Of a stretch of DNA of 64,000 nt, positions 19,674 to 29,081 are shown in pieces. The DNA comes from Verrucomicrobiia bacterium (GTDB taxonomy: Bacteria > Verrucomicrobiota > Verrucomicrobiia > Limisphaerales > DASXHY01), in NCBI GenBank assembly GCA_035552155.1, contig DASZLX010000022.1, forward strand, positions 2,514 through 66,513, in the 5' to 3' direction. The notes under the pieces are model-generated. The model saw nothing but the letters and a program-made list of their open reading frames with translations, made no database searches and was not told the origin of the DNA. Within the stretch, counting starts at the first letter, position 1. Every line of letters starts with the position of its first letter. Both the position numbers and the translations under genes were made by a program.

Positions 19674-20375
19674 ATGAGAATAGTCCTCATCGTGTTCTCG
19701 TTTGCCGCGTTGCTGCTGGCCGCGGCTCACGCCGGGCCGGCTTATCCGCCCGCTGCCGGCCACGAATCGATTGAATGGTGCGACATCTGGGTTTCGCACG
19801 CCAACGAAACCAACCTGCCGCGCGTCCTGCTCATTGGAGATTCTATCACGCGCGATTATTATCCGGGAGTGGAAAAGAGTTTGGAGGGCAAGGCTTACGT
19901 AACACGCCTTGCCACCTCGCGATTTGCCGGCGATCCGGTGCTGCTACAGGAAATCGCGCTTGTTCTGGATAATACCAAATTCGACATCATCCACTTCAAC
20001 AACGGCATGCACGGCTGGCAGCATACGGAGGAGGAATACCGAAAAGCGTTTCCCAATCTCGTAAAGACCATTCGCGTCCAGGCCCCGCACGCAAAATTAA
20101 TCTGGGCTACGACCACTCCGCTAAAAGCCGCCCAACCGCACAGCCCAACCGACCCTTCGGACGACCGGATCGCAGCACGTAATGCCATCGGCCTCGCAGC
20201 CATCCAAGGACAGAATATTGCTGTCGATGATTTGAATGCCCTCGTGCGCGGCCATCCCGAATACCACAGCGACAACGTCCATTTCAATTCACAGGGCATC
20301 CAACTCGAGGCGCAGCAAGTGGCCGCCAGCATCGAGCCGCTTCTGAATCATCAAATCACCGAGGTTCATCGATAA
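19674..20375 (+). CDS. SGNH/GDSL-family hydrolase, secreted
   Basis: Block I VLLIGDSITRDY, block III HFNNGMHG and block V DNVHFN, with an N-terminal signal peptide. Confidence 0.75.
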   Translation: MRIVLIVFSFAALLLAAAHAGPAYPPAAGHESIEWCDIWVSHANETNLPRVLLIGDSITRDYYPGVEKSLEGKAYVTRLATSRFAGDPVLLQEIALVLDNTKFDIIHFNNGMHGWQHTEEEYRKAFPNLVKTIRVQAPHAKLIWATTTPLKAAQPHSPTDPSDDRIAARNAIGLAAIQGQNIAVDDLNALVRGHPEYHSDNVHFNSQGIQLEAQQVAASIEPLLNHQITEVHR

Positions 20376-21162
20376 CCGGATTTGTCAGCGTTCCGATCTT
20401 TTCAATTTCGATGCTGACGGAATCACCGGGCTGCAGCCAGCGCGGAGGCTTCTGCGCCATGCCAACGCCGTGCGGGGTACCGGTCAAAATCACCGTGCCT
20501 GGCAATAACGTGGTGCTGCCGCTCAGAAATTCAATCAACGCCGACACATTGAAAATCATATCGTTCGTATTCCAGTCCTGCATGACCCGGCCACTGACGA
20601 TGGTACGAATCCCCAGAGAGTTTGGGTTTGGAATCTCATCGGCCGTCACCAGCGCGGGCCCAAGCGGACTGAAAGTGTCGAATGTCTTCCCCCGCGACCA
20701 TTGGCCACCGCCGCGTTTGATCTGCCAATCCCGTGCGCTGACGTCATTGCAGCACGTGTAACCCAAAACATAATTCAGCGCGTCGGCGCGATTCACGTTT
20801 TTGCAGCGCCGCCCGATGACAACAGCCAGTTCGCATTCATAATCCACTTCGTCGCTCCGCAAATGCCTCGGAATCTGGATGGGTTCGCCGGGATGCTGCA
20901 GCGTATTGACGCCCTTGAAGAAAACAACCGGATATTCCGGAAAACGCGCGCCGGTTTCCTCCGCATGCTTCCGGTAATTCAGCCCAATGCAGATAATTCC
21001 TGTCGGTTCAATAGGTGCCAGGACCTGCGAAACCTCGGCTTTTTCGGAGGTGGCGCGCAAGCCACTGTAAATGTCTCCCTCAAGTTTCAATGCGAGGCCG
21101 TCTGGCTGCTTGGAGGCGTAGTGAATTCCTCCCAAATTGTCCCGATAACGAATGATTTTCAT
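20356..21162 (-). CDS. Fumarylacetoacetate hydrolase (FAH) family protein; candidate 2,4-diketo-3-deoxy-L-fuconate hydrolase
   Basis: FAH-family motifs GLNYRKHAEE, DYECELAVVIG and GTPHGVG. The ATG at 21162 (MKIIRY...) lies 2 nt after the upstream stop. The function is assigned from operon context. Confidence 0.8.
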   Translation of the reverse strand: MKIIRYRDNLGGIHYASKQPDGLALKLEGDIYSGLRATSEKAEVSQVLAPIEPTGIICIGLNYRKHAEETGARFPEYPVVFFKGVNTLQHPGEPIQIPRHLRSDEVDYECELAVVIGRRCKNVNRADALNYVLGYTCCNDVSARDWQIKRGGGQWSRGKTFDTFSPLGPALVTADEIPNPNSLGIRTIVSGRVMQDWNTNDMIFNVSALIEFLSGSTTLLPGTVILTGTPHGVGMAQKPPRWLQPGDSVSIEIEKIGTLTNPVIDEPR

Positions 21163-21164
21163 AA

Positions 21165-21905
21165 TTATTTTCCAGCCGTCCAACCGCCGTCGATCATCAA
21201 AGTGCTTCCTGTGATCATCGAGCTTTCGTCGCACGCCAGATAAAGCGCCGCGGCGGCTATTTCCTCCGGTTTGGCCATTCTGCCATTTAATTGGGTCGAA
21301 GCCATATCACGATAGGCAGCCTCCGGGTCCGGATATTCCTTCAATCGCTCCAGCACGAATGGCGTTTCCACGCGTCCCGGGCAAATGCAATTGAAACGGA
21401 CTCCCGTGTGCGAATGATCCAATGCAAGCGCCTTGGTCATGCCGACAACAGCGAACTTCGTCGTCGTGTAGGCCAAACGTTCCCGGACCGCAACCACACC
21501 CGCAACGGACGCCATGTTGATAACGCTTCCGTTCCCACGCTCGATCATTCCGGAAGCGAATGCTTTGCAACAGTTGAAGATGCCGCCCACATTCACGGCG
21601 TACAAACGCTCCAAATCGGCCGCCGTCGTTGTAATCAGCGAACCTACATGTCCAATGCCCGCGACGTTCGCGAGTACATTGAGCGTTCCAATTGTCTGCG
21701 CAGCGCGCGAGCACTCCTCTCCTCTGCTTACATCCAATTTGTAAAATACGCCGCCAATCCGTTCCGCCACCTTGGGGCCGTTGGCCTCATCGCGGTCCGC
21801 GACAAACACTTTCGCTCCCGCCGCTGCGAAAGTTTCCGCAATGGCCGCGCCGATTCCAGACGCCGCGCCGGTAACAAACGCTGTTTTATCTTTCAGGCTA
21901 AACAC
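21165..21905 (-). CDS. SDR family oxidoreductase; candidate 2-keto-3-deoxy-L-fuconate dehydrogenase
   Basis: TGAASGIGAAIA cofactor motif and 246-aa SDR architecture. It overlaps the upstream lactonase gene by 8 nt. Confidence 0.8.
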   Translation of the reverse strand: MFSLKDKTAFVTGAASGIGAAIAETFAAAGAKVFVADRDEANGPKVAERIGGVFYKLDVSRGEECSRAAQTIGTLNVLANVAGIGHVGSLITTTAADLERLYAVNVGGIFNCCKAFASGMIERGNGSVINMASVAGVVAVRERLAYTTTKFAVVGMTKALALDHSHTGVRFNCICPGRVETPFVLERLKEYPDPEAAYRDMASTQLNGRMAKPEEIAAAALYLACDESSMITGSTLMIDGGWTAGK

Positions 21906-22746
21906 GATAGATCCTTTCCGCGTTGGTTTGGAAAAGTTGTTTCCTTTCGGTTTCAGAAATGCGATCGACCAGTTTCATGACCGTTTCGACCCAGACTTCG
22001 TACGTTGCCGCGAGCGTGACGACCGGCCAATCGCTGCCAAATAATACGCGACTCGGCCCAAAACACTCCAGCGCGTGTTCGAAATAGGGCGCGAGATCCG
22101 CCGGCGTCCAACGGCTCCCATCAGCCTCTGTGATCAAACCGGAGATTTTACAGACCACGTTCGGCATCTCGGCTAGGGTTCGCAGATCGTGCGCCCACGG
22201 CTCGAAACTTCCGTTGCGCACGGCTGGTTTGCCGAAATGATCGAGAACAAACGTCACTTCCGGCGCCTGCCGGACGAGTTTGAGGACGATCGGCAATTGA
22301 CTCGCGCGCACGCACAAATCAAATGTAAAATTAAATCCCGGAAGCAATTTCAGACCTTCCAGCAGACCCGGCCGATTCCAAAAATCATCGTTCTCGGCCT
22401 GTAGATTGCGTCTGACCCCCTTAACCAGCGGCCGGCCTGCAAGTGATTCGAGATCGGCGCGAGCCGCGAGGCCCTTTTCCAGGGACGCGTGGGCAACAAT
22501 ACCTTTCAAACGCGGTTCCTCCGTCACGAGTGTCGCAACCCAATCCACTTCCGCCGCACATTGAGAAGCATCGCAACCGCATTCCACGAAAATAAATTTT
22601 TGCACCGGCGCCGAATCGCCGGCGGCCTTTAAGTCCGCCGGACACAGGGGACGGTTTAGTGCCGGGAGAGCGTCCAGCCAGGCGTAGCGGAATTTGCCCG
22701 GGTTCCACAAATGCACATGGGAATCCACGATGACAGGCGCCTTCAT
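21898..22746 (-). CDS. Amidohydrolase-2 family protein; candidate L-fucono-1,5-lactonase
   Basis: N-terminal IVDSHVHLW metal-binding motif, about 280 aa. The 4-nt overlap with the dehydratase gene indicates an operon. Confidence 0.8.
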   Translation of the reverse strand: MKAPVIVDSHVHLWNPGKFRYAWLDALPALNRPLCPADLKAAGDSAPVQKFIFVECGCDASQCAAEVDWVATLVTEEPRLKGIVAHASLEKGLAARADLESLAGRPLVKGVRRNLQAENDDFWNRPGLLEGLKLLPGFNFTFDLCVRASQLPIVLKLVRQAPEVTFVLDHFGKPAVRNGSFEPWAHDLRTLAEMPNVVCKISGLITEADGSRWTPADLAPYFEHALECFGPSRVLFGSDWPVVTLAATYEVWVETVMKLVDRISETERKQLFQTNAERIYRV

Positions 22747-23969
22747 TCGTGTTTCAAATCACAGCTTGCCCCGGCTTCCTGGGGCGGGCGGTAAAAACCG
22801 CCGGAGACATCGCACGGATGGACAAAATGCTGTCGCAGGTGCGGAATGTGTTCGAGGAACACGACCTCATGACCAAGCGCTATGTGATTGAATAAGACGA
22901 GATGCTGGTGCAACTGCCCCATGTCGCCGACGTGAGGCACGACCGGCACTCCAAACTTCCGGCAGAGCAAACTGACCGCAATGAATTCACTCACTCCCGC
23001 CACCCGAACGGCATCCACCTGGATGAAGCCCGCACACTTCGCCTGCAAATAATTTTTGAAAACGACGCGGTTCGGCACGTGCTCGCCCAGGGCAAGTTTT
23101 GTCGGCGCGATGGCGTCGGCGAGCGTCTTATGGCCAATCACATCGTCTGGATGCGTCGGTTCCTCGATCCAAAACGGATCGATGGCGCGGAGACGTTGGC
23201 AAATATCGAGAGCCTGCGGCAAAGTCCATTGCTGATTTGCATCCACCATCACGCGCGCCTTGTTGCCGGCCACCTCGCGCACAATTGCCGCTCGGCGCAA
23301 ATCCCGTTCAGCATCGCGCGACCCCACTTTCAGTTTCATTGCCGCAAACCCGTTCCCCAGCGCGCGTCGGCAATTCTCCCGTACCTGCTCGTCGTCGTAA
23401 TTGAACCAGCCCACTGAGGTGTCATAGCCGGGATAACCGATTTTCAAAATATTTTCACGGGAGGCGCGTGTCGATTGGTGCCGCCGCAGGATATCTGCAG
23501 CCTGGGCCAAGTTTAATTCGTCTTCGAGGTAGGAAAGGTCGAGCGTCGCGACGATCTCCTCCGGGGTGAGCCCGAGCAGCAATCTCCAAAGAGGCACATC
23601 CAGAGTTTTCGCCCAAAGATCCCAGCAGGCGTTGGTCACGGAGGCGAGCGCCAGTTGCACGATACCTTTATGGGGACCGAGCCAGCGGAATTGTTGCTCA
23701 TCGGCAAGCGAGCGTTGAACGGAGCCGAATTGCGCCATAATACTTTCGATGGGTTTGCCCACCAACCGTTCGGCGTAAAACCGGGCTGCCTCGCAAACCA
23801 ATTGGTTCCCTTCACCCAGCGTAAACGCGAGGCCGACCCCAGTGCGCCCGCGGTCGTCGTGCAATTCCGTCACGGCATAGGAGTAAATCGGGTCCCGGTG
23901 AATGGCGTCGCTGCCGTGGCCCTGGCCCAGAGGATAACGAACGTCGCGAGTCGAGATGCTTTGAATCAT
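22743..23969 (-). CDS. fucD: Enolase-superfamily (mandelate racemase/muconate lactonizing) L-fuconate dehydratase
   Basis: The N-terminus TRDVRYPLGQGHGSDAIHRDPIYSYAV resembles L-fuconate dehydratases. The metal-ligand region MVDANQQW...IEEP is present. Confidence 0.8.
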   Translation of the reverse strand: MIQSISTRDVRYPLGQGHGSDAIHRDPIYSYAVTELHDDRGRTGVGLAFTLGEGNQLVCEAARFYAERLVGKPIESIMAQFGSVQRSLADEQQFRWLGPHKGIVQLALASVTNACWDLWAKTLDVPLWRLLLGLTPEEIVATLDLSYLEDELNLAQAADILRRHQSTRASRENILKIGYPGYDTSVGWFNYDDEQVRENCRRALGNGFAAMKLKVGSRDAERDLRRAAIVREVAGNKARVMVDANQQWTLPQALDICQRLRAIDPFWIEEPTHPDDVIGHKTLADAIAPTKLALGEHVPNRVVFKNYLQAKCAGFIQVDAVRVAGVSEFIAVSLLCRKFGVPVVPHVGDMGQLHQHLVLFNHIALGHEVVFLEHIPHLRQHFVHPCDVSGGFYRPPQEAGASCDLKHE

Positions 23970-23976
23970 GGGAGAA

Positions 23977-24747
23977 TCAACGTCGATAGCCGAGTTCAGC
24001 TCCCCCGGTGACGTTCATAATGTGACCGGTTATGAAGCGGGCCTTTTCCGAAAGCAGAAACACGCATGCGTCTGCAATCACGGTGCTCTCCGGACAAAAA
24101 CCCAGTGCATGGATTTCATCCAAATAACGCGCGGTGGAAGCGGGGTCGGGTTGTTCGGAGCACCATTGGCGCAGCATGGGCGTCCACACGCCAGCCGGGC
24201 AAACGGCATTCACTCGGATGCCATATTTTGCATAATCGAGCGCCATCGATTTGGTCAAGGCATTCAGGCCGCCCTTGGTTGCCGTGTAAGCGGCGTGAAG
24301 TTCCTGGCCAATGCTTCCGACCAGGCTCGACGTGTTGAGAATGCAACCCTTGCTCGCCGTCAGCGCCGAAAAAGCATGGCGCGTGGTGTGAAGCACGCCC
24401 TTCAAATTGACGTCGAATAACTCGTTCCATTCTCCGTCGGTGGTTTCGTGAATTGTTTTGCTCGGCGAAGAAACCCCAGCGTTATTGTGAACGGCATCAA
24501 TGCGCCCGAAGCGTTCCAAAGTTTTTTCCACGGATTCCTTCACCGCCGCATCGCGCGTCACGTCGCAAACAATTCCAATGTGTTCCGGTCCCAATTCTGC
24601 GGCGACGGCTTCGACTCCTTTTTGATCGCGGGCGACAAGGGCCACCTTCGCGCCCTCGGCGGCATAGGCTTTGGCGCAATCGTGGCCGATGCCACATGAG
24701 CCGCCCGTGAGGAAAATCACTTTGTCTTTGAGCAATGGCGTAGTCAT
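23977..24747 (-). CDS. SDR family oxidoreductase; candidate L-fucose 1-dehydrogenase
   Basis: TGGSCGIGHDCA motif. The start MTTPLLKDK at 24747 overlaps the upstream stop by 4 nt. The role is assigned by context. Confidence 0.75.
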   Translation of the reverse strand: MTTPLLKDKVIFLTGGSCGIGHDCAKAYAAEGAKVALVARDQKGVEAVAAELGPEHIGIVCDVTRDAAVKESVEKTLERFGRIDAVHNNAGVSSPSKTIHETTDGEWNELFDVNLKGVLHTTRHAFSALTASKGCILNTSSLVGSIGQELHAAYTATKGGLNALTKSMALDYAKYGIRVNAVCPAGVWTPMLRQWCSEQPDPASTARYLDEIHALGFCPESTVIADACVFLLSEKARFITGHIMNVTGGAELGYRR

Positions 24748-25157
24748 GGCAGGAAAAAAACCTCCTTTGTATCGGACCAGATTTTGCCGGCAACGGCAGC
24801 GTCCGGCAACGGCAATTGGCACGGGTCTGTTTCCCGCCACCAACGTTGCGTTTCCGGATCCGCCGCCATGTTTTTCATGTCCTGGTCAAAATTTGTGCCG
24901 GTGTATTCGAGGTAGGCAAAAAGATAAAGCTCGCCGTTGATCTTCTTCTCATGAATGGAGAAATTCTGGATGTGGCTGGCTTTGATTTGCTTTAACACAC
25001 CCGGCCAGGGTGCCGCGTGAAGCTGATGATAATAATCCGCCTTTTCGGGTTTGAGGCCGGTAACCCAGGCGTACCGTTGAGGCGGATGTTGCGCCGCGCA
25101 ACCGGGCCAGGAACCGAGCGCAACTGCGCAAAATAAAAATGGAAGCAAACGTCTCAT
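24744..25157 (-). CDS. L-rhamnose/L-fucose mutarotase (RhaM) family protein with an N-terminal signal/lipobox-like peptide
   Basis: RhaM-like core YAWVTGLKPEK..YYHQLHAAPWPGVL..I..NFSIH...LFAYLEY.G..F...M...A..P..QRWW. It is preceded by MRRLLPFLFCAVALGSWPGC. Confidence 0.75.
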   Translation of the reverse strand: MRRLLPFLFCAVALGSWPGCAAQHPPQRYAWVTGLKPEKADYYHQLHAAPWPGVLKQIKASHIQNFSIHEKKINGELYLFAYLEYTGTNFDQDMKNMAADPETQRWWRETDPCQLPLPDAAVAGKIWSDTKEVFFLP

Positions 25158-25161
25158 GCAG

Positions 25162-26844
25162 TTATCGGAAAATGAAATAGAGCACGCAGAATATGATCAT
25201 GATCAACGCGGCGGCCACGCGGTAATCGGCGAGACCGCGACCAGCGGTTGGCTGGCGCAGTGGTTCCCGCCAATCCACCCACACCAACGATCGAGCTTCG
25301 GCCTTGAACGGCTCCGGGAATAAAAAAGTAGTCGCGACCATAATTACCAAACAAGCTACCAACAGCAGGAAAGCGATCAGCATGAAATCGCCACGATAGA
25401 TGTTGTTCCAGTCGAGCAGAAAGGTGGCGAGCCCCAGCAACATGCCGGCGACGAGAGTAATCAAAGCCGATTTTCCAGAAGCGCGCTTCCAGAAAACGCC
25501 CACGAGGAATACAGCCGTAATCGGTGGAGCGACATAAGAGATCAATTTGTTGATGCCTTCGAAAATCGTTGTGTAGTGGCCGAACAATGGCGAAGCGACA
25601 ATGGCGAGAATCGTTCCAACCACGGTGGTGATTTTACCAATGCGGACGAGCTGTTGATCGCTGAGGTTGGGGCGTCGCCGCTTGAACAAATCGTAGGCCA
25701 CCAACGTAGCCGTGGAGTTGAGCGCGGCGGAGCAGGTTTGCATCGCCGCCGCGAGCATCGCCGCGGCGACGAGTCCTTTGAGGCCCACGGGCAACAAGTG
25801 TGTGATGAGAAAAGTGTAAGTATCCGTCGCGGTGTGCGGGGAAGCTCCGTGGAAGGCATTGTTTTGCACCAGCGCTACGCAGATGACGCCGGGCAACACA
25901 AAAAAGAACATCGGCCAGATTTTCAGGAAGGCGCAAAAAAGCGGCCCAAGCCGTGCATGCCTCTCATCCTTCGCCGCCAGCACCCGCTGAACGATTGTTT
26001 GATCGCAGCACCAATACCAGATGCCAAGTACGGGATAGCCAAGGAGAATCGAATACCACGGCAATCCGGAGGGATCGCTTTTACTGCGCGCGAGATTCAA
26101 AAAATTACCCGTGCCCCACGTAATATTGCTTGCGGGAATGCCCGCCAGGGGGTGGGGATGGGTTGCGAGCGTGTGTGTGAGTTCCTGCCATCCGCCAATC
26201 TTGACGTAACCTGCAACCGTAATCACAACCGCGCCCACGAGCAGCAGCACCGTTTGAACGCTTTCCGTCCAGACCACGGCCAGCAGGCCCCCGAACATCG
26301 TGTAAATTCCCGTCAACAATCCCAGTGCCGCAATGAACAGCAACAGGGCATCCACACCCAGGATGGTCGCTCCGGAGCCCAGCCCAAGAATGCCGCGAAA
26401 TACCCACGCAGCGGTATAAAGCGCCACACCCATGTGAATCACGATCGCTGAAAATAAAGACACCACGGACAAGACATCGCGGCATCTGCGGTTGAAGCGC
26501 CGTTCTAAAAAATCCGGCAAGGTGGCCACGTGGGATCGCAGATAAAGCGGCGCAAAGAAAAGCGACAATAGAATAAGCGTGAATCCGGCCATCCATTCGA
26601 AGTTTCCGAAAACCAAACCGTATTTGTACGCCGCTTCAGCAAGGCTCACCAGATGGACCGTCGAAATATTTGCGGCAAACATGGCGAGCCCGATGACGGG
26701 CCAGCCAAGAGTGTTGCCCGCGAGAAAGTAGTGGCTGCCTGCGCCGCCTTTCTCACTTTTCCGCCGCAGCGCTCCCGCGACAACACCCAGCCCCACGATG
26801 GCCAGCAGGTAAGTCGCAATGATGATCCAATCAAGCGGGCTCAT
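25162..26844 (-). CDS. Sodium:solute symporter (SSS/SLC5) family transporter
   Basis: About 560 aa and multi-TM, with an SSS-type N-terminus (SPLDWIIIATYLLAIVGLG). The ATG at 26844 is preferred over the GTG at 26850. Confidence 0.85.
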   Translation of the reverse strand: MSPLDWIIIATYLLAIVGLGVVAGALRRKSEKGGAGSHYFLAGNTLGWPVIGLAMFAANISTVHLVSLAEAAYKYGLVFGNFEWMAGFTLILLSLFFAPLYLRSHVATLPDFLERRFNRRCRDVLSVVSLFSAIVIHMGVALYTAAWVFRGILGLGSGATILGVDALLLFIAALGLLTGIYTMFGGLLAVVWTESVQTVLLLVGAVVITVAGYVKIGGWQELTHTLATHPHPLAGIPASNITWGTGNFLNLARSKSDPSGLPWYSILLGYPVLGIWYWCCDQTIVQRVLAAKDERHARLGPLFCAFLKIWPMFFFVLPGVICVALVQNNAFHGASPHTATDTYTFLITHLLPVGLKGLVAAAMLAAAMQTCSAALNSTATLVAYDLFKRRRPNLSDQQLVRIGKITTVVGTILAIVASPLFGHYTTIFEGINKLISYVAPPITAVFLVGVFWKRASGKSALITLVAGMLLGLATFLLDWNNIYRGDFMLIAFLLLVACLVIMVATTFLFPEPFKAEARSLVWVDWREPLRQPTAGRGLADYRVAAALIMIIFCVLYFIFR

Positions 26845-26853
26845 GAACACGGG

Positions 26854-27018
26854 TCATTTGTTGAGCGGTTCGATCTCATTGATGGCCGGCCCGATTGCAA
26901 ACGCGATTGGACTGCCAGTGCAGCAATACTCAGGGCGCAGATTCGTTTCTGACGCGGCAGCCGCAATGGATGCCATTAAAAGGAATGCTGCCAGGCACGA
27001 GTTGAAACTCAAGTTCAT
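26854..27018 (-). CDS. Small ORF (54 aa) with an N-terminal hydrophobic signal-like segment, immediately upstream of the SSS gene
   Basis: Hand translation gives MNLSFNSCLAAFLLMASIAAAASETNLRPEYCCTGSPIAFAIGPAINEIEPLNK. The stop lies 9 nt before the SSS ATG. The ORF sits downstream of the 35-bp element (copy 2). It falls below the length cut-off of the ORF track. Confidence 0.3.
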   Translation of the reverse strand: MNLSFNSCLAAFLLMASIAAAASETNLRPEYCCTGSPIAFAIGPAINEIEPLNK

Positions 27019-27065
27019 CGGGTTATATTTTGTCTAATAAACGATGCCAAAGCTGGCCTTAAACC

Positions 27066-27100
27066 GTCTTGCAAATTCTTTCGGCGAAGGATATTGAACA
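27066..27100 (-). promoter_or_regulatory. Copy 2 of the conserved 35-bp upstream element
   Basis: The reverse complement reads TGTTCAATATCCTTCGCCGAAAGAATTTGCAAGAC and points toward the small ORF and fucose operon. It abuts the AraC start codon on the other side. Confidence 0.5.
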
Positions 27101-27103
27101 CAA

Positions 27104-28129
27104 ATGGAACAACCCACCCTCAAGGCCATTTATCAGACTCGCCGCAAGCCTTACGAGATCGATACGTGCGAGCCGCAGGTCCGCGCCGTGAAGGAGGGGA
27201 AAATCAATTTGCACGCCCTCACCAAGGGGCATTATCCGGGTTCAAAATTCCCTTCGGACGTGCTCCCCGGACTGAACAGCATTGGGTTTTGGGACGGTGC
27301 CGGACCGCAGGATTGGGGGCTCAACGAACATCGAAACGAGGGTGTGGAAATTGTTTTTCTGGAAACCGGGCGCATGGCTTTCATGGTCGACAAACGCCGA
27401 TTTGATTTGGGCCCGGGGAACCTCACCATCACGCGCCCTTGGCAATTGCACAAACTCGGTGATCCGAACATCGGCCCCGGACGACTACATTGGTTGATTC
27501 TTGATGTCGGCGTGCGGCGCCCCAATCAGGAATGGCGCTGGCCGGATTGGCTGGTTTTAACGCGTGAAGACCTCGATGAGTTGACCCGCAAACTGCGCCA
27601 CAACGAAACACCAGTGTGGAAGTCGACGTCCGACATCGCGCAAACGTTTCAAAAAATCGCGCAATGCATTCTGGATTGGAAACGGCCCCATTCCGTCTCG
27701 CGCATGATTAGCAAACTCAATCAACTTTTCGTCGGCATTCTCGACGCGCTGACCGCGCAGCAGACCGACGAAAACCCAGACCTTACCTCCCGGCGCCGCA
27801 CCGTGGAATTATTCCTGAAAGACCTCGCGGAAAATCCCGTCAGCAGCCGCGAGCTTTGGACGCTCAGCCAGATGGCCCAGCAATGCGGCATGGGAGTGAC
27901 GGCATTCTCAAAATACGCGCGCGAATTGGTAAACGTCGGCCCGATGGAGTACCTGAATCAGTGCCGTCTCGACCATGCGGCGAAGCAGTTGCGCGAGAAA
28001 CCGGAGCTTTCCGTAACGGACATCGCCTTCGCCAACGGTTTTAATTCCAGCCAGTACTTTGCCACGTGCTTTCGCAGGCGATTCAAACTTTCCCCGACCC
28101 ATTTTCTTGCGGAAAAAAGCGGTCATTAA
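27104..28129 (+). CDS. AraC family transcriptional regulator (cupin-like N-terminal domain plus AraC HTH)
   Basis: The C-terminal AraC HTH signature region is TVELFLKDL......LWTLSQMAQQCGMGVTAFSKYARELVNVGPMEYLNQCRLDHAAKQL......VTDIAFANGFNSSQYFATCFRRRF. Confidence 0.85.
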   Translation: MEQPTLKAIYQTRRKPYEIDTCEPQVRAVKEGKINLHALTKGHYPGSKFPSDVLPGLNSIGFWDGAGPQDWGLNEHRNEGVEIVFLETGRMAFMVDKRRFDLGPGNLTITRPWQLHKLGDPNIGPGRLHWLILDVGVRRPNQEWRWPDWLVLTREDLDELTRKLRHNETPVWKSTSDIAQTFQKIAQCILDWKRPHSVSRMISKLNQLFVGILDALTAQQTDENPDLTSRRRTVELFLKDLAENPVSSRELWTLSQMAQQCGMGVTAFSKYARELVNVGPMEYLNQCRLDHAAKQLREKPELSVTDIAFANGFNSSQYFATCFRRRFKLSPTHFLAEKSGH

Positions 28130-28233
28130 CGACCGCGCCTCAAGGCTCGCATTTCAAAAAAATCTCCGAACTGGCGCTGATGAAATCCGGCAGCCGCCCG
28201 TTCGGAAATCCTGGTGCGTTTGAGGACTTTTGC

Positions 28234-28944
28234 TTACTTCCTCCGTGAAATCGCAAAGAATATACCCAGTCCGGCCAAAGACAACGCGAAGATCGACGGC
28301 TCAGGTATAAGACTAAGATCGCGGACCTGAAGCAGGTTGAATTGTGCAGAGGGAATTGCCGGCCCGGGCGTGAGAGTTAATGTCTCCGAACTGTCGGTGG
28401 CGACAAATGTTCCGATAACATATTGGCCGGGGCCGCTGTTACCGGAGCCGTAAGCCAGCGAAAGCGAGGTGTTCAGACCGCCCGTCACAGTCTCGGTGCG
28501 CGCATTGACAGTGCTGTTGCGCCCATCATTCACCCATAACTGCACGAGATAACTGTTTCCCACCGTCATGCCGTTCCAACTCACCGTATATGCCCCGGAA
28601 TTGTTCCCAAACGCGCCGGCATTCAGCAGATTGTTGTAGTTATTGTCCGAAGTGCCGGGCGAAGCAAAGGTTCCATTGTTACCACCGTTATCGAAATTGT
28701 CCGCGGCTCCCGGCAAATCCGAAAAGGCTTGGAAGGTCACTCCATTCACCGTCAGTCCGCTGCCCGCATTCCCATTGAACGGAGCCCATGTGCCGAAGAG
28801 AGTTCCCGAGGTATTTACATCCGCAGGCCCAGAGATGGTCAACGGAGTCTGCCAATTGATGTCCGACTGCGCCTGCGCGGCAGCAACGAGAGCAGCCGCG
28901 ATAGACACACCGAGAATACTCTTGCTAAGAGGGTGAATTTTCAT
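28234..28944 (-). CDS. PEP-CTERM sorting-domain secreted protein
   Basis: Signal peptide at the N-terminus. The C-terminus IPEPSIFALSLAGLGIFFAISRRK has PEP, a TM helix and a basic tail. Confidence 0.8.
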   Translation of the reverse strand: MKIHPLSKSILGVSIAAALVAAAQAQSDINWQTPLTISGPADVNTSGTLFGTWAPFNGNAGSGLTVNGVTFQAFSDLPGAADNFDNGGNNGTFASPGTSDNNYNNLLNAGAFGNNSGAYTVSWNGMTVGNSYLVQLWVNDGRNSTVNARTETVTGGLNTSLSLAYGSGNSGPGQYVIGTFVATDSSETLTLTPGPAIPSAQFNLLQVRDLSLIPEPSIFALSLAGLGIFFAISRRK

Positions 28945-29013
28945 TTTTAGAGTGTGGGAATTGTTGTTGGGTTCTAAGGGACTGCCGGTGTTTTAACATA
29001 GCTCCACAGATCG

Positions 29014-29048
29014 CTCTTCCAATTCTCTTCGGCGAAGAAAATTGAACA
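29014..29048 (-). promoter_or_regulatory. Copy 3 of the conserved 35-bp upstream element
   Basis: The reverse complement reads TGTTCAATTTTCTTCGCCGAAGAGAATTGGAAGAG. It lies about 70 nt upstream of the PEP-CTERM gene start. Confidence 0.5.
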
Positions 29049-29081
29049 TGTGGAAAATGAACATGCTGAGTCGCCCAAACG

